Under the pieces are notes generated by a model. It had not been told where the DNA came from. It searched no databases and worked only from the letters and a program-made list of their open reading frames with translations. The translations under genes and the position numbers were made by a program. Positions 29,303 to 38,508 of a DNA stretch of 64,000 bases are shown one piece after another; the stretch's first letter is position 1; every line of letters begins with the position of its first letter. This DNA is from a virus (lineage: Duplodnaviria > Caudoviricetes), in IMG/VR virus record IMGVR_UViG_3300020195_000410, positions 1,972-65,971 of that record, one strand, 5' to 3'.

Positions 29303-30111
29303 TGTCGCCATCTGTTTTGTACACAATAGCTTCTTGGAGCGGATCAAGATCTGGTGTAAATTTCGACGACACCTATCTTGAGAAACACATCGAGCAACTC
29401 AAGAAAGTCAAATGCAATCTGACACAGATCTCGATTGGCAATCCAGAAAATCCTTCTAAAAGAGCCGAGTTTGAAGAGTACCTCGAATCTCTAACAGATG
29501 TGAATGGCGTGCCTGTTGTAGTTCATGATATGCCAAATATTGGCAGGTCATACGGACAATGGGCACGCATTTATGAAGAGTATAGAACAAAATTCGACTA
29601 CTACATTTTCATAGAAGATGACTACCAGCCAGTGTTGGACAATTTCGATTCAACACTAATCAAAATGTATCAAGAAAAAGATTGCGGGTTTTTGTGCGGC
29701 ATGATCCTGAATAAAACAGGTCGTTATGGAATTCGATGCCAAGAAGAGCACGCCGGAGTAACAAATGGCATTGCTTCTTCTGATGCACTAGAAGAAGTCA
29801 GAGAACGCTTTTGCTGTCTGCCGCATGACATGGGCGAATACAACAATGGCCAGATTTTGTTCTCCAAGGGGTTTCTTGATGTTGGCTTAACCCTTGGAGA
29901 ATACATTGACACTGGAGAGTACAGATGTTTGTACTACCAACACGATGAGTCAATCAGAATATATGGGCCTAACAAGGACGCCAAAGACATCTTCTCTCCC
30001 AAACAAGTTGTCGGGAGAGAAGACCAATTCGATTACGTCCATTACAAAGAATCAGACAGACCAAAAACATCAAGAAAGGTTGGCAAATCAAGAGTCATTG
30101 GCAGACGTTAA
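29302..30111 (+). CDS. glycosyltransferase-like protein
   Basis: NIGRSYGQW, FDYYIFIEDDY (DxD-like). Confidence 0.6.
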   Translation: MSPSVLYTIASWSGSRSGVNFDDTYLEKHIEQLKKVKCNLTQISIGNPENPSKRAEFEEYLESLTDVNGVPVVVHDMPNIGRSYGQWARIYEEYRTKFDYYIFIEDDYQPVLDNFDSTLIKMYQEKDCGFLCGMILNKTGRYGIRCQEEHAGVTNGIASSDALEEVRERFCCLPHDMGEYNNGQILFSKGFLDVGLTLGEYIDTGEYRCLYYQHDESIRIYGPNKDAKDIFSPKQVVGREDQFDYVHYKESDRPKTSRKVGKSRVIGRR

Positions 30112-30711
30112 TGTCCATGTACGTTGATCTGTGATCACAGTGCCATTGATGACTCTTCCGCTGGTGCCATCAGTTGACATCATGTATTCAGGTCTGCTCA
30201 TCATATAGTTGTTGAGAAGCACCAAAAATTCATCCATGTGTTCACGCAGTTCGTCCGGCTGCATCTTGTCGAGATCCTTGCCTTTCGTGGTCCGCACATT
30301 GGCATGAGCGTTTTCCCACGGATCTCCATTGACCATAATCGTGTAGGTTCGCTCCAGAGGCTGGACGGTGTGCCATGTGCGACGGTCAACAATCTCATAA
30401 GTTGAGTACGGTCGCACAATCTCTCTGAAGTGAAAGACAGGCTCTGATTGGAGATCTTGCGAGAAGCCAATTCGATGGACGTAAGACCCTTTGAGCATCA
30501 GGAATGCTCCGGGCCACGGATGAGGATGAGCAAATGACTCTTCCGTCGAGCATGGATCAAAAGCGTGCAAGCAAACTCGGAAATCTCCAAATTTGCGAAA
30601 CACACGATAGGTCCACGGCTTTCGACGATTGACGATCAAGCTGTCCCAATCGTCGCCACGATTGAGACTAGCGAAAATTTCCGGGATCAATTTTTGTAAT
30701 GTTTCGATCAT
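30088..30711 (-). CDS. hypothetical cupin-like protein
   Basis: CLH.F, HPHPW, WHTV. Confidence 0.6.
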   Translation of the reverse strand: MIETLQKLIPEIFASLNRGDDWDSLIVNRRKPWTYRVFRKFGDFRVCLHAFDPCSTEESFAHPHPWPGAFLMLKGSYVHRIGFSQDLQSEPVFHFREIVRPYSTYEIVDRRTWHTVQPLERTYTIMVNGDPWENAHANVRTTKGKDLDKMQPDELREHMDEFLVLLNNYMMSRPEYMMSTDGTSGRVINGTVITDQRTWTLTSANDS

Positions 30712-31271
30712 TTTGCTGCCTCGTACCAGAAGCCCTTGTCGGTGATTGCAAGGAGTTTCTCCAAGCAAATCAGAACCCATTCACCGTAAATTATACGGCA
30801 TGGGAACTCTTTATCAAGGTCTACGCCAGCCAGATCTGTTAGCTTTATGCCAGCCACCCACGGCTTACGGTTTCGCTTCCAACAAAGAAGAGGCTTACGT
30901 TTGGTGAACTCTGCGTCACGACTGACCTGATCAATGAACTTGTCGAGTTGTGTTAGCTGGCCATCGACAATGTTCCAAGCATCCATGTCATCTTCATATC
31001 CGCCCTTGCATTCGATGATCCACTTGAAGAACTCAGGCACACAAATGTCGCCAGATAAAGCCTTCTTGGCATGATCTGGAAGATTCACTTGTTTGTCACG
31101 ACTTCCAGACCCTAGTGCTCGACTGAACGCTTCTCCAAAGTGACCTTCCAGAAGTTTGCAAAGATGCAACTCCGTTCTATCGCCTTTGGACTTGCCATCA
31201 ACTTTTTTCTTCTTTTTCTTACTGTTTTGAGACAGATCATCTACTTGCATATCATCTTCAAAGTCATCCAT
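30708..31271 (-). CDS. Holliday junction resolvase-like PD-(D/E)XK nuclease
   Basis: KSKG.R.E, SGDI, IECK. Confidence 0.75.
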   Translation of the reverse strand: MDDFEDDMQVDDLSQNSKKKKKKVDGKSKGDRTELHLCKLLEGHFGEAFSRALGSGSRDKQVNLPDHAKKALSGDICVPEFFKWIIECKGGYEDDMDAWNIVDGQLTQLDKFIDQVSRDAEFTKRKPLLCWKRNRKPWVAGIKLTDLAGVDLDKEFPCRIIYGEWVLICLEKLLAITDKGFWYEAAK

Positions 31272-31279
31272 ATTCCTCC

Positions 31280-32503
31280 TTAGTCAACCAAATGCAGTGT
31301 TCCCTGCAAATCAGCTTTTGTACCCTGTAATGATTCAATGGCACTTTGGTATAAGTGTGATTGAATCGTGCCTTCGAGACAAGAATTTGTCGCTGTTGTT
31401 TTAATGTTTTGAACAAGTTTGATGATTTCATCACACAAAACTTCATGCTCTGTTCCGCCATGATCATAGTCCATGTTGAATGGTTCATCATAACGATCTG
31501 TTTGATCTTTGCGTTGTTTGTGATGAGGCTTCGGCGGCAAATTAGGAGCTATGATGAGAGCATTTTGCGGTTTCAACTCTTCATCTTGAAGCATTTCTGT
31601 AACAACAGAAATTTTAGATTTTGGAGCCTGCATGTGGAAGAATTCATCTTCATCCCAGTTCTTGCCAGTATTCTTGACTTCCATCTCGAATCTGTAGAAC
31701 TGTCCTTGATGGCCAATACTTGGATTCGTGTCATCAACATGCAGCACCCAAACTTCGCTCGGAGGAATCTCAATCAACTTCTGATCTTTGACCAGAGCCT
31801 TCACTCCTTCGGCACAAGCTCCCATTGCACGATACCAAATATCTGGCGATGAGAAGAAAAAGACCTGACCAAGACTGTCTCTTAGATCAGCCAACCACAA
31901 CGGTCGTTGATCATTCCTGAACAAGAACAGGTTCCTTTGAGAGTCGTCTTCACGCTCTCCAAGAGCGACAGCCATAGCACCTTCTGTAATCGTGGCCCAA
32001 ACATCCTTGATGCCGCCCAAGCGATGAGAGATGCGATCTGGAATCTCTTCCAGTTCCATCTTGTCTTCCATCCCCTTCTCAAAAATCCTCAAGATCACTT
32101 CCGAATCAGTTTCGGAGAAACATTGATACTTCTTGCTCAGGAATGTGGCTTCATCAATTGTGCCATTGTGGACCATGCCAATTCGCTTGTCTAAACTCAC
32201 GAATGGATGGTTGTTGCTGTTTGTGCTGGCGTGGCCATTGCCTTTAGACGTGGCTCTAGCATGGGCCAAAAGCAGATTGATCTTTGGCCGACGAATCTTT
32301 TTCCAAAATTCTTTCTTAATAAACTCACTCGATTTGATCGGTTCTTTGTGATAGAAGACTCGACCATTCTTGCCAGCTTCTGTAGCCCAAACACCGCTTG
32401 CGTCGGTTCCCCTGAATTCAAGGAAATCGAACAAGTTGGTCATGATTTCATGAGTTGCTTTCGGTTTTTTAGACAAACCGATAAAACCTGCAATGCCGCA
32501 CAT
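31280..32503 (-). CDS. class II glutamine amidotransferase
   Basis: MCGIAG, RGTDASG, HARAT, NHPF, HNG, TDSE. Confidence 0.9.
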   Translation of the reverse strand: MCGIAGFIGLSKKPKATHEIMTNLFDFLEFRGTDASGVWATEAGKNGRVFYHKEPIKSSEFIKKEFWKKIRRPKINLLLAHARATSKGNGHASTNSNNHPFVSLDKRIGMVHNGTIDEATFLSKKYQCFSETDSEVILRIFEKGMEDKMELEEIPDRISHRLGGIKDVWATITEGAMAVALGEREDDSQRNLFLFRNDQRPLWLADLRDSLGQVFFFSSPDIWYRAMGACAEGVKALVKDQKLIEIPPSEVWVLHVDDTNPSIGHQGQFYRFEMEVKNTGKNWDEDEFFHMQAPKSKISVVTEMLQDEELKPQNALIIAPNLPPKPHHKQRKDQTDRYDEPFNMDYDHGGTEHEVLCDEIIKLVQNIKTTATNSCLEGTIQSHLYQSAIESLQGTKADLQGTLHLVD

Positions 32504-32586
32504 ATATGATTACTCCACTCCTACATTATAACAGTAAGACAAATTATGATCAAGGTCTCCTAAATACAGCAAACAGAGGTATTCGC

Positions 32587-33261
32587 ATGGCATTGGCAGA
32601 TTTCAATAGATGGATCGACAACAAAAGGCTTATTCAAGAAGCTACAGACAACCCGTTGCTTGATATGACGCAGCAAGTGGGTGACAAAGTGTACTTTGGG
32701 ATTCACGATCTGGACCGTTATTACAAAACACATGGCGGCATTCCATCACTAGAATTTGCTGACATTATGGATAAGTCAGGTGAAATAACTGACACAGATT
32801 CTGTAGAATCCGATGTTTATGTTTCTGTAGCCAAAGATCCATTCCATTTTGGATACCATGCTTTGGAAAACAAGTCACAAAGAGACAAAAGAAAAAAGCG
32901 TGGAGAGAATGTCAAAATCCCGGCGAGTTCTCTGATTGACATCTCTCATTTGATTGATGGAGAACACAAAGTCTGGCTGGTTGTGGATGGTAAGACCAAA
33001 TACCAATCTGGTCTAATGAAACAGATACGCAAGAAAGAGATGAAGTCTTACATGGACAAGGAAATCGCCGATACAAATTTTGTACTAGACGATGAAGACA
33101 ACCCTCTGGATCTGGGCATCGAGGTTGGGTACAAATTTATGAACAGAGAAGTTGAACCATTCTATCAGTTCAAATCTAGTTTCGACCCAAGTATTCAGAA
33201 ACACGAGAGTAGCTGGAAATATCACCTTGACAGCAAGAAATACGACTACTACCCTGAGTAG
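32587..33261 (+). CDS. hypothetical protein
   Basis: GAGG RBS before MALADFNRW. Confidence 0.65.
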   Translation: MALADFNRWIDNKRLIQEATDNPLLDMTQQVGDKVYFGIHDLDRYYKTHGGIPSLEFADIMDKSGEITDTDSVESDVYVSVAKDPFHFGYHALENKSQRDKRKKRGENVKIPASSLIDISHLIDGEHKVWLVVDGKTKYQSGLMKQIRKKEMKSYMDKEIADTNFVLDDEDNPLDLGIEVGYKFMNREVEPFYQFKSSFDPSIQKHESSWKYHLDSKKYDYYPE

Positions 33262-33964
33262 TCTTGACGATGAAATGGACGCCGCCCTCTCCAATTACGT
33301 CAATTTGATTTCTGTGAATACACAAAGCTGTTGATTCGTCGATGCCGATTCCCTTGAACAAGCCCTTATCTCTGCCTTTATCAAGGAACACATGCAGCCT
33401 GCCTTCTCGTTCTCTTTCAGAGTAATGAGAATCAACCAATGTGTTCCTCAACACTCGTATCTTTAGAAAATCAGATCCGATACAAACACGTTGTTCATTT
33501 GGGTTGGCTTCTGCTTCTTCTGATGTTATGCCACCATGCTCGGCAGAGAAATAGAATTCTCCAAGGATCATGGCACCAGCACTTGTGCCCAAAATGAGAA
33601 CACCGCTCTCGTGAGCGGTTTGAAGAACTTGTGGATTGAATCGAGAGAGATAGTTGTATTGATTGCCGCCATCTATAAAAATGGCACTGATTCCAAGTAG
33701 TGAAGCTTCTGTAAGTTGTTCTGGTTGTATTACGCCAACTCGTTCGCCCAAGGCAAACAAATCTTTCCACTTTTTGCCAATCTTGTCGTCAGAAGAAACA
33801 AGAACAAACTTCCCATCTGGTTTTATGTCAGCGATCCACTGAATCAAGCCAACAGGCATTGGGCCTCCGCCTACCAATATGATGTCTCCAGCTTCATATT
33901 TACGGGTGAATAGTCCCGTAGAAAGCAAAGACAATAAAAGTAAAGCACATAAAATCTTCTTCAA
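33176..33964 (-). CDS. cyanophycinase / peptidase S51 family protein with signal-like N-terminus
   Basis: GGNQ, GTSAGA, DSHY..R.R.GRL, GIDEST. Confidence 0.85.
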   Translation of the reverse strand: MKKILCALLLLSLLSTGLFTRKYEAGDIILVGGGPMPVGLIQWIADIKPDGKFVLVSSDDKIGKKWKDLFALGERVGVIQPEQLTEASLLGISAIFIDGGNQYNYLSRFNPQVLQTAHESGVLILGTSAGAMILGEFYFSAEHGGITSEEAEANPNEQRVCIGSDFLKIRVLRNTLVDSHYSEREREGRLHVFLDKGRDKGLFKGIGIDESTALCIHRNQIDVIGEGGVHFIVKTTQGSSRISCCQGDISSYSRVSEYLGRN

Positions 33965-33975
33965 TAAAGACCTGT

Positions 33976-34461
33976 TTATTGCAGAGGTGGCATCCCTTGC
34001 CCCATTGGTTGTGGTTGGGGCATTGCACCGGGTGGTTGTTGAGGCTGTGCTGGTCCATCTCCGGTCTCTTCAAAATCATCTTGAGAGACTGGCTCGCCAG
34101 CTTGCATCTCTGGCCCTTGAAGGTTATTGACCTTAACCCCAAGTTTTCCAGAAAGAGTTTGCAAAGATTGAGTGGCGGAAGGAATGATCTCACGCAGATC
34201 TCCTTTCTCATCTATCGTCTTTTGGATTGCAACACCGATCTTCTGAAGTTCTTTCAGATGCTTTTGTTGCTGTTGCTCCCAATGACCATGCAGAATCTTG
34301 CGGATATCATTGACAAGCTTCTCCGCAGTGCGGATGAGATGCCTAGCCCCCATGTTCTGCATATCGTCTTGAAGCTCCTGCATGGGAGTCAAAACGCCAG
34401 CTACCTTTCTTCCAAGGTAGCTTTTCTCTTCATTAAACAAAAATACTTTGAACTTATCCAT
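33976..34461 (-). CDS. hypothetical protein
   Basis: 161 aa; TAAATA 6 nt upstream. Confidence 0.7.
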   Translation of the reverse strand: MDKFKVFLFNEEKSYLGRKVAGVLTPMQELQDDMQNMGARHLIRTAEKLVNDIRKILHGHWEQQQQKHLKELQKIGVAIQKTIDEKGDLREIIPSATQSLQTLSGKLGVKVNNLQGPEMQAGEPVSQDDFEETGDGPAQPQQPPGAMPQPQPMGQGMPPLQ

Positions 34462-36070
34462 TGTCTTTATTTAGCTGCTCCGCCGCAGCTTTTATCAACC
34501 CATTGAATAATGGGGCTGGATCTCCCAGACGACTCTTAAATTCTGGATGTGCTTGCGTCCCCACAAAGTACGGGTGGATATCACGCTTAAGCTCCATCAT
34601 CTCGACCAGTTGTGTTTGTGGGTTCCTCCCAGACACAACAAAACCCTTCTCGGCATAACCGGCGATGAATTTATCATTCACTTCCAGTCGATGCCTGTGA
34701 CGCTCACTGATCAACTTCTTTTTGTAAAGCTCACGAACGAGCGAATCCTTTTCCAATTCGCAGTCATAAGCCCCAAGACGCATAGTAGCAGACTTCTTGA
34801 TGTTCGCTGTTTGGCCTTGGACGAAATGAATGACTGGGATTTCACATTTTCCATCGAATTCCTGACTTGTTGCACCGTTAAGGTCCATGACATTTCTGGC
34901 GAATTCAATCACAGCACATTGTAGGCCGAGACAAATGCCAAGGAATGGCACCTTATTCTCTCTACAATAGCGAATGGCTTGAATTTTTCCTTCAACTCCA
35001 CGAGAGTCGAATCCGCCCGGAACAATTACTCCAGAGACATCTTCCAGATGTTTTGTGCCTTCCGCTTCGATGTCTTTGACAGACACCCATTTGATGGATA
35101 ACTTGACGTTGTTCTCTACAGCGGCGTGCGTGAGAGCTTCCTTAAGAGAGATGTATGCCTCATCACAGTTCTCATATTTGCCAACGATCCCAATCGTTAC
35201 GTGCGGCAAATCATGCCCATTGACGTACTTCTCAACAAGATCACGGAACTTGTGGATTCGCACGCCTCGACGGACTAGATGGAACCGGTCGGCGACCAGA
35301 TCGTCAATGTGCCTTTCATAGAATTCGATGGGCACTTGATAGATTGTTTGTACGTCAGGGGCCTCAAATACAGCAGCCCTTGGAACTCCACACATCTTAG
35401 AAACTTTGTCCAAGATGTGGTTGGGGATCTCTCTGTCACATCGACAGAGCAACATTTCTGGGGTCAACCCATCATGTCTTAAACAACGGATCGCATTTTG
35501 CAGAGGCTTTGTCTTGAATTCTTTAACAGTGTTGTTCCAGATGACGGGAGCCACCATCACGATCATCACGTCATCTGGACAACGATGTTTGAATTGGCTA
35601 ATTGCTTCATAGAAGCAACCGCTTTCAAAGTCTCCGACTGTACCGCCAATTTCGGCGATCACGATATCAACGTCTTTGCCGATCTCATCCAGACGGGCTT
35701 GAATTTTGTCTGTAACATGAGGAACGATTTGAACCGTGTCCCCAAGGAACTTGCCTTGTTCTTCTTCCTGAAGAATCTCTTTGTAGAGAGTTCCACTTGT
35801 GAAGATGTTCATTTTGGAGACGGTGATTCCGGCCAGACGTTCATAATGGCCAAGATCGAGATCTGTTTCCGAACCATCATCACACAGAAACACTTCTCCG
35901 TGTTGACGGGGGTTCATGGTCCCTGCATTTACATTGAGGTACGGATCACACTTGATTAAAGTGACGTTCGCCCCTCGCATTTTCAAGAGAAGCCCCAGAG
36001 AAGCGGCACTGATTCCCTTGCCGGTTCCGCTGTAAACGCCGCCCACTACCACAATATACTTGCAAGACAT
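34454..36070 (-). CDS. pyrG: CTP synthase
   Basis: GG..SG.GKG, DPYLN..AGTM.P..HGEVF, KTKP.Q, GICLG.Q, ERHRHR, HPEF. Confidence 0.97.
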   Translation of the reverse strand: MSCKYIVVVGGVYSGTGKGISAASLGLLLKMRGANVTLIKCDPYLNVNAGTMNPRQHGEVFLCDDGSETDLDLGHYERLAGITVSKMNIFTSGTLYKEILQEEEQGKFLGDTVQIVPHVTDKIQARLDEIGKDVDIVIAEIGGTVGDFESGCFYEAISQFKHRCPDDVMIVMVAPVIWNNTVKEFKTKPLQNAIRCLRHDGLTPEMLLCRCDREIPNHILDKVSKMCGVPRAAVFEAPDVQTIYQVPIEFYERHIDDLVADRFHLVRRGVRIHKFRDLVEKYVNGHDLPHVTIGIVGKYENCDEAYISLKEALTHAAVENNVKLSIKWVSVKDIEAEGTKHLEDVSGVIVPGGFDSRGVEGKIQAIRYCRENKVPFLGICLGLQCAVIEFARNVMDLNGATSQEFDGKCEIPVIHFVQGQTANIKKSATMRLGAYDCELEKDSLVRELYKKKLISERHRHRLEVNDKFIAGYAEKGFVVSGRNPQTQLVEMMELKRDIHPYFVGTQAHPEFKSRLGDPAPLFNGLIKAAAEQLNKDNG

Positions 36071-36110
36071 TTCTAGTCCTTTCGATGGAATTATTTATCC
36101 ATCTCAAGCA

Positions 36111-36311
36111 TTAGTTCTTCTTGATTTGGAACCTAATTCCGTGAAACACTGTCATTAACCAAATTACCGCAGCCCATGTCTGAAAATTGATTGGAATTTG
36201 CATTCCAAAAAGTGTATTCAGACTCCAGATCGTGAACATTGGCCCCAGAAAAATCAATGCCACCAGCAGCAGCAAGAGCACTAAGACAACAATAATTTTG
36301 GTTGAGTCCAT
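36111..36311 (-). CDS. small membrane protein
   Basis: Two hydrophobic stretches. Confidence 0.6.
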   Translation of the reverse strand: MDSTKIIVVLVLLLLLVALIFLGPMFTIWSLNTLFGMQIPINFQTWAAVIWLMTVFHGIRFQIKKN

Positions 36312-36366
36312 CGAGGTCCATCTCCGTTAAGAACATCCTAACGGAGATGGAATCGAATGGTCAAGA

Positions 36367-37404
36367 TCAAGCGTAACTCAGGTGACACGAACCACCGGCA
36401 CATGCGGATTCGAGAGTTGCGTTCTTGGTGTTATCTTCTTCTTCAATCATCGTCGTGAAATCGACATCCACGTATTCTCTCTTGAGATCACACCAGTATT
36501 TCCAGTTGTTCACATCCTTCAGACAGTATGTCATCTTGCGAACATCGTCCTCGAAATACCGCTCGGCAAACTGCTTGGCCCGACGCACCCAGTCAGCTTT
36601 CTGACTGTATTCAACAAGATCACGATCATACTTCTGAGATTCTTGAAGATTGATCATGCCTGTTGTCTTAGGAGGCACAGGCTCAACGACTGGTTCCCCT
36701 TGTCCGAGAGCCGCATCACAAGCCTTCCAGAGATTATCTCCAAAAGCGTGAAGACCATCAACGATCAATCCAGACGCCATGACCGAACCATCCCCATACA
36801 TGGAGACAAGTTCCTTTGGTGTGTAGATGGCCGTGAACGGAGCCTGCGGATAATCCTTGTCGCCAGAGATCGGTAACAAGCTGATTCCACAGAACCATTG
36901 ACGATTCTCGTAGATGTAATCTGTGACAGCATCCCATTCATCGTCACGTACAGAGATTGTGTTAGACACATTGTGAACCAACCAATCATGAACGCAACGA
37001 TCTTTACGTGTGCCAGCCGCCACCCAGTTTTGTTGTGTAAGCTTTACACAATCCAACAAAGTGATGGCGTCGATATCGTTCTTTGTCTTCGCTCCCTTTG
37101 GAACGTCGATACAGAAGGCAATGACTTCATCTGTCCCATTGACATTCCAAACAGATTTCTCGACAGCGAGTGGATTGAACCGCTTGAAGTGTCGCATTGG
37201 TGGCTCAAGATGATTGGCTTGAGACCGTCGAATGTACCGCATGGCGTGATGAGGATGAATTCCAGACGCTGTACCGAGAATACATGATGTTGTGTTGTGA
37301 GATATCACACCATTTGCCAACTGATAAGTATGTGTTTTTTCGGTTTCTATATCTAAAGTTAAACATTTGTCTTTGGATAAAATCGGCTTATTTGTTACTT
37401 TAAT
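36367..37404 (-). CDS. nrdJ: class II (B12) ribonucleotide reductase, C-terminal part, preceded by split-intein C-fragment (37294-37404)
   Basis: ...TLDIETEKTHTYQLANGVISHN|TTSCILGTASGIH...; HNVSNT; C-terminal ACAGGSC; proposed ATT start. Confidence 0.85.
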   Translation of the reverse strand: MKVTNKPILSKDKCLTLDIETEKTHTYQLANGVISHNTTSCILGTASGIHPHHAMRYIRRSQANHLEPPMRHFKRFNPLAVEKSVWNVNGTDEVIAFCIDVPKGAKTKNDIDAITLLDCVKLTQQNWVAAGTRKDRCVHDWLVHNVSNTISVRDDEWDAVTDYIYENRQWFCGISLLPISGDKDYPQAPFTAIYTPKELVSMYGDGSVMASGLIVDGLHAFGDNLWKACDAALGQGEPVVEPVPPKTTGMINLQESQKYDRDLVEYSQKADWVRRAKQFAERYFEDDVRKMTYCLKDVNNWKYWCDLKREYVDVDFTTMIEEEDNTKNATLESACAGGSCHLSYA

Positions 37405-38446
37405 TTAATGCCTCCTTGATGTTAAAATTATTTTTTTTAATTTCGTTTTCCCACAACACAACCACATTGTAGCCTTGAGATTGTATGTTCTCTGTACGAA
37501 TCTTGTCTTTTTCCCATTTTTCTTGAGCTGTCATGTGCAGTGTTTTGTTATATTCTGTTGAACTCCAGTTGATCGGATTGCAATGCCAATAGTCTCCAAA
37601 AACTTCTATAACTAAATTTTCGCTAGGAACAAAAATATCCACCACATATCTTCCCAAAGTATGGGCACTTTGAGAATCTTTGTATATTTTTAAAACACTG
37701 GAAAATATTTGGTTTTCTAATTTAGAGACATTTGTTCCTCTAGTTGCAGAAATTCTTTTTGAGTTAAAGTTTCTGTAGCGATCATTGCCTTCTTTGTCGC
37801 CGTATTTTTTTATAAAATAATTCAAGTCTCTTGTTTGTAATCCAGAAATTATTTTTTTTGATTCATCTTCAGAAAATCCTTTCTTAATCCAATAAGAAGA
37901 TTTCCAATGAGTAACTCGATTTTCTATCATTTCATTATATTTTTTATTGCCTAAATTTTCTCCATATTTACTTATGCAGTTGTCCAATGTTAGAGCAGAT
38001 TTTTTTGAATGAGTGTTCCTGATTTCATTTATTTCTTTTTCAGAGAACCCGTTCATAGCAAGACTTTCAACTGACACCGATAGTTTTTTATTCTTTTCAA
38101 AATACTTCGCACTACCGTCAGTTTCTCCGTATCGCTCTATAAATCCTGCTAATGTGTTCTTGCGACGATCATTTTCTAATCTTTGTTCATATCTCTGACG
38201 ACCATTTTCCTCTCCGTATTTTCTTATAAGAAAATTCAAACCACGATCTTTGTTTGGTTTTATGTCATCTACACTGTATGATTCACTAAGAAATTGTAAA
38301 TAAAATTCCCAGCACGGGCCACGATCTTGTCTGCCAAAAACTTCTTCTTTAAATGTCTTTCTAGCTTTTTGCATTTCTCGTTTGGACTTAAATGGAAGGT
38401 CCAATTCAAATTCATTTACTGTGTCTTTTGCCAATACAACCTTCAT
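37400..38446 (-). CDS. free-standing endonuclease (Vsr/DUF559-like PD-(D/E)XK) inserted in the split intein
   Basis: Repeated KYG motifs; SKLE, VDIF, IEVFGDYWH, D..R, GYNVVVLWE; AT-rich. Confidence 0.8.
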   Translation of the reverse strand: MKVVLAKDTVNEFELDLPFKSKREMQKARKTFKEEVFGRQDRGPCWEFYLQFLSESYSVDDIKPNKDRGLNFLIRKYGEENGRQRYEQRLENDRRKNTLAGFIERYGETDGSAKYFEKNKKLSVSVESLAMNGFSEKEINEIRNTHSKKSALTLDNCISKYGENLGNKKYNEMIENRVTHWKSSYWIKKGFSEDESKKIISGLQTRDLNYFIKKYGDKEGNDRYRNFNSKRISATRGTNVSKLENQIFSSVLKIYKDSQSAHTLGRYVVDIFVPSENLVIEVFGDYWHCNPINWSSTEYNKTLHMTAQEKWEKDKIRTENIQSQGYNVVVLWENEIKKNNFNIKEALN

Positions 38447-38508
38447 ATAACCACCTGTGTTAAACCATATACGATATATATGGTTTAACACAGGTTTTTC
38501 AAATAAAT

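Noticed and set aside
37400-38508. Group I intron explaining the nrdJ interruption
   Set aside because: ORFs abut with almost no non-coding space for an intron core; both flanks are intein halves and the downstream half has its own SD
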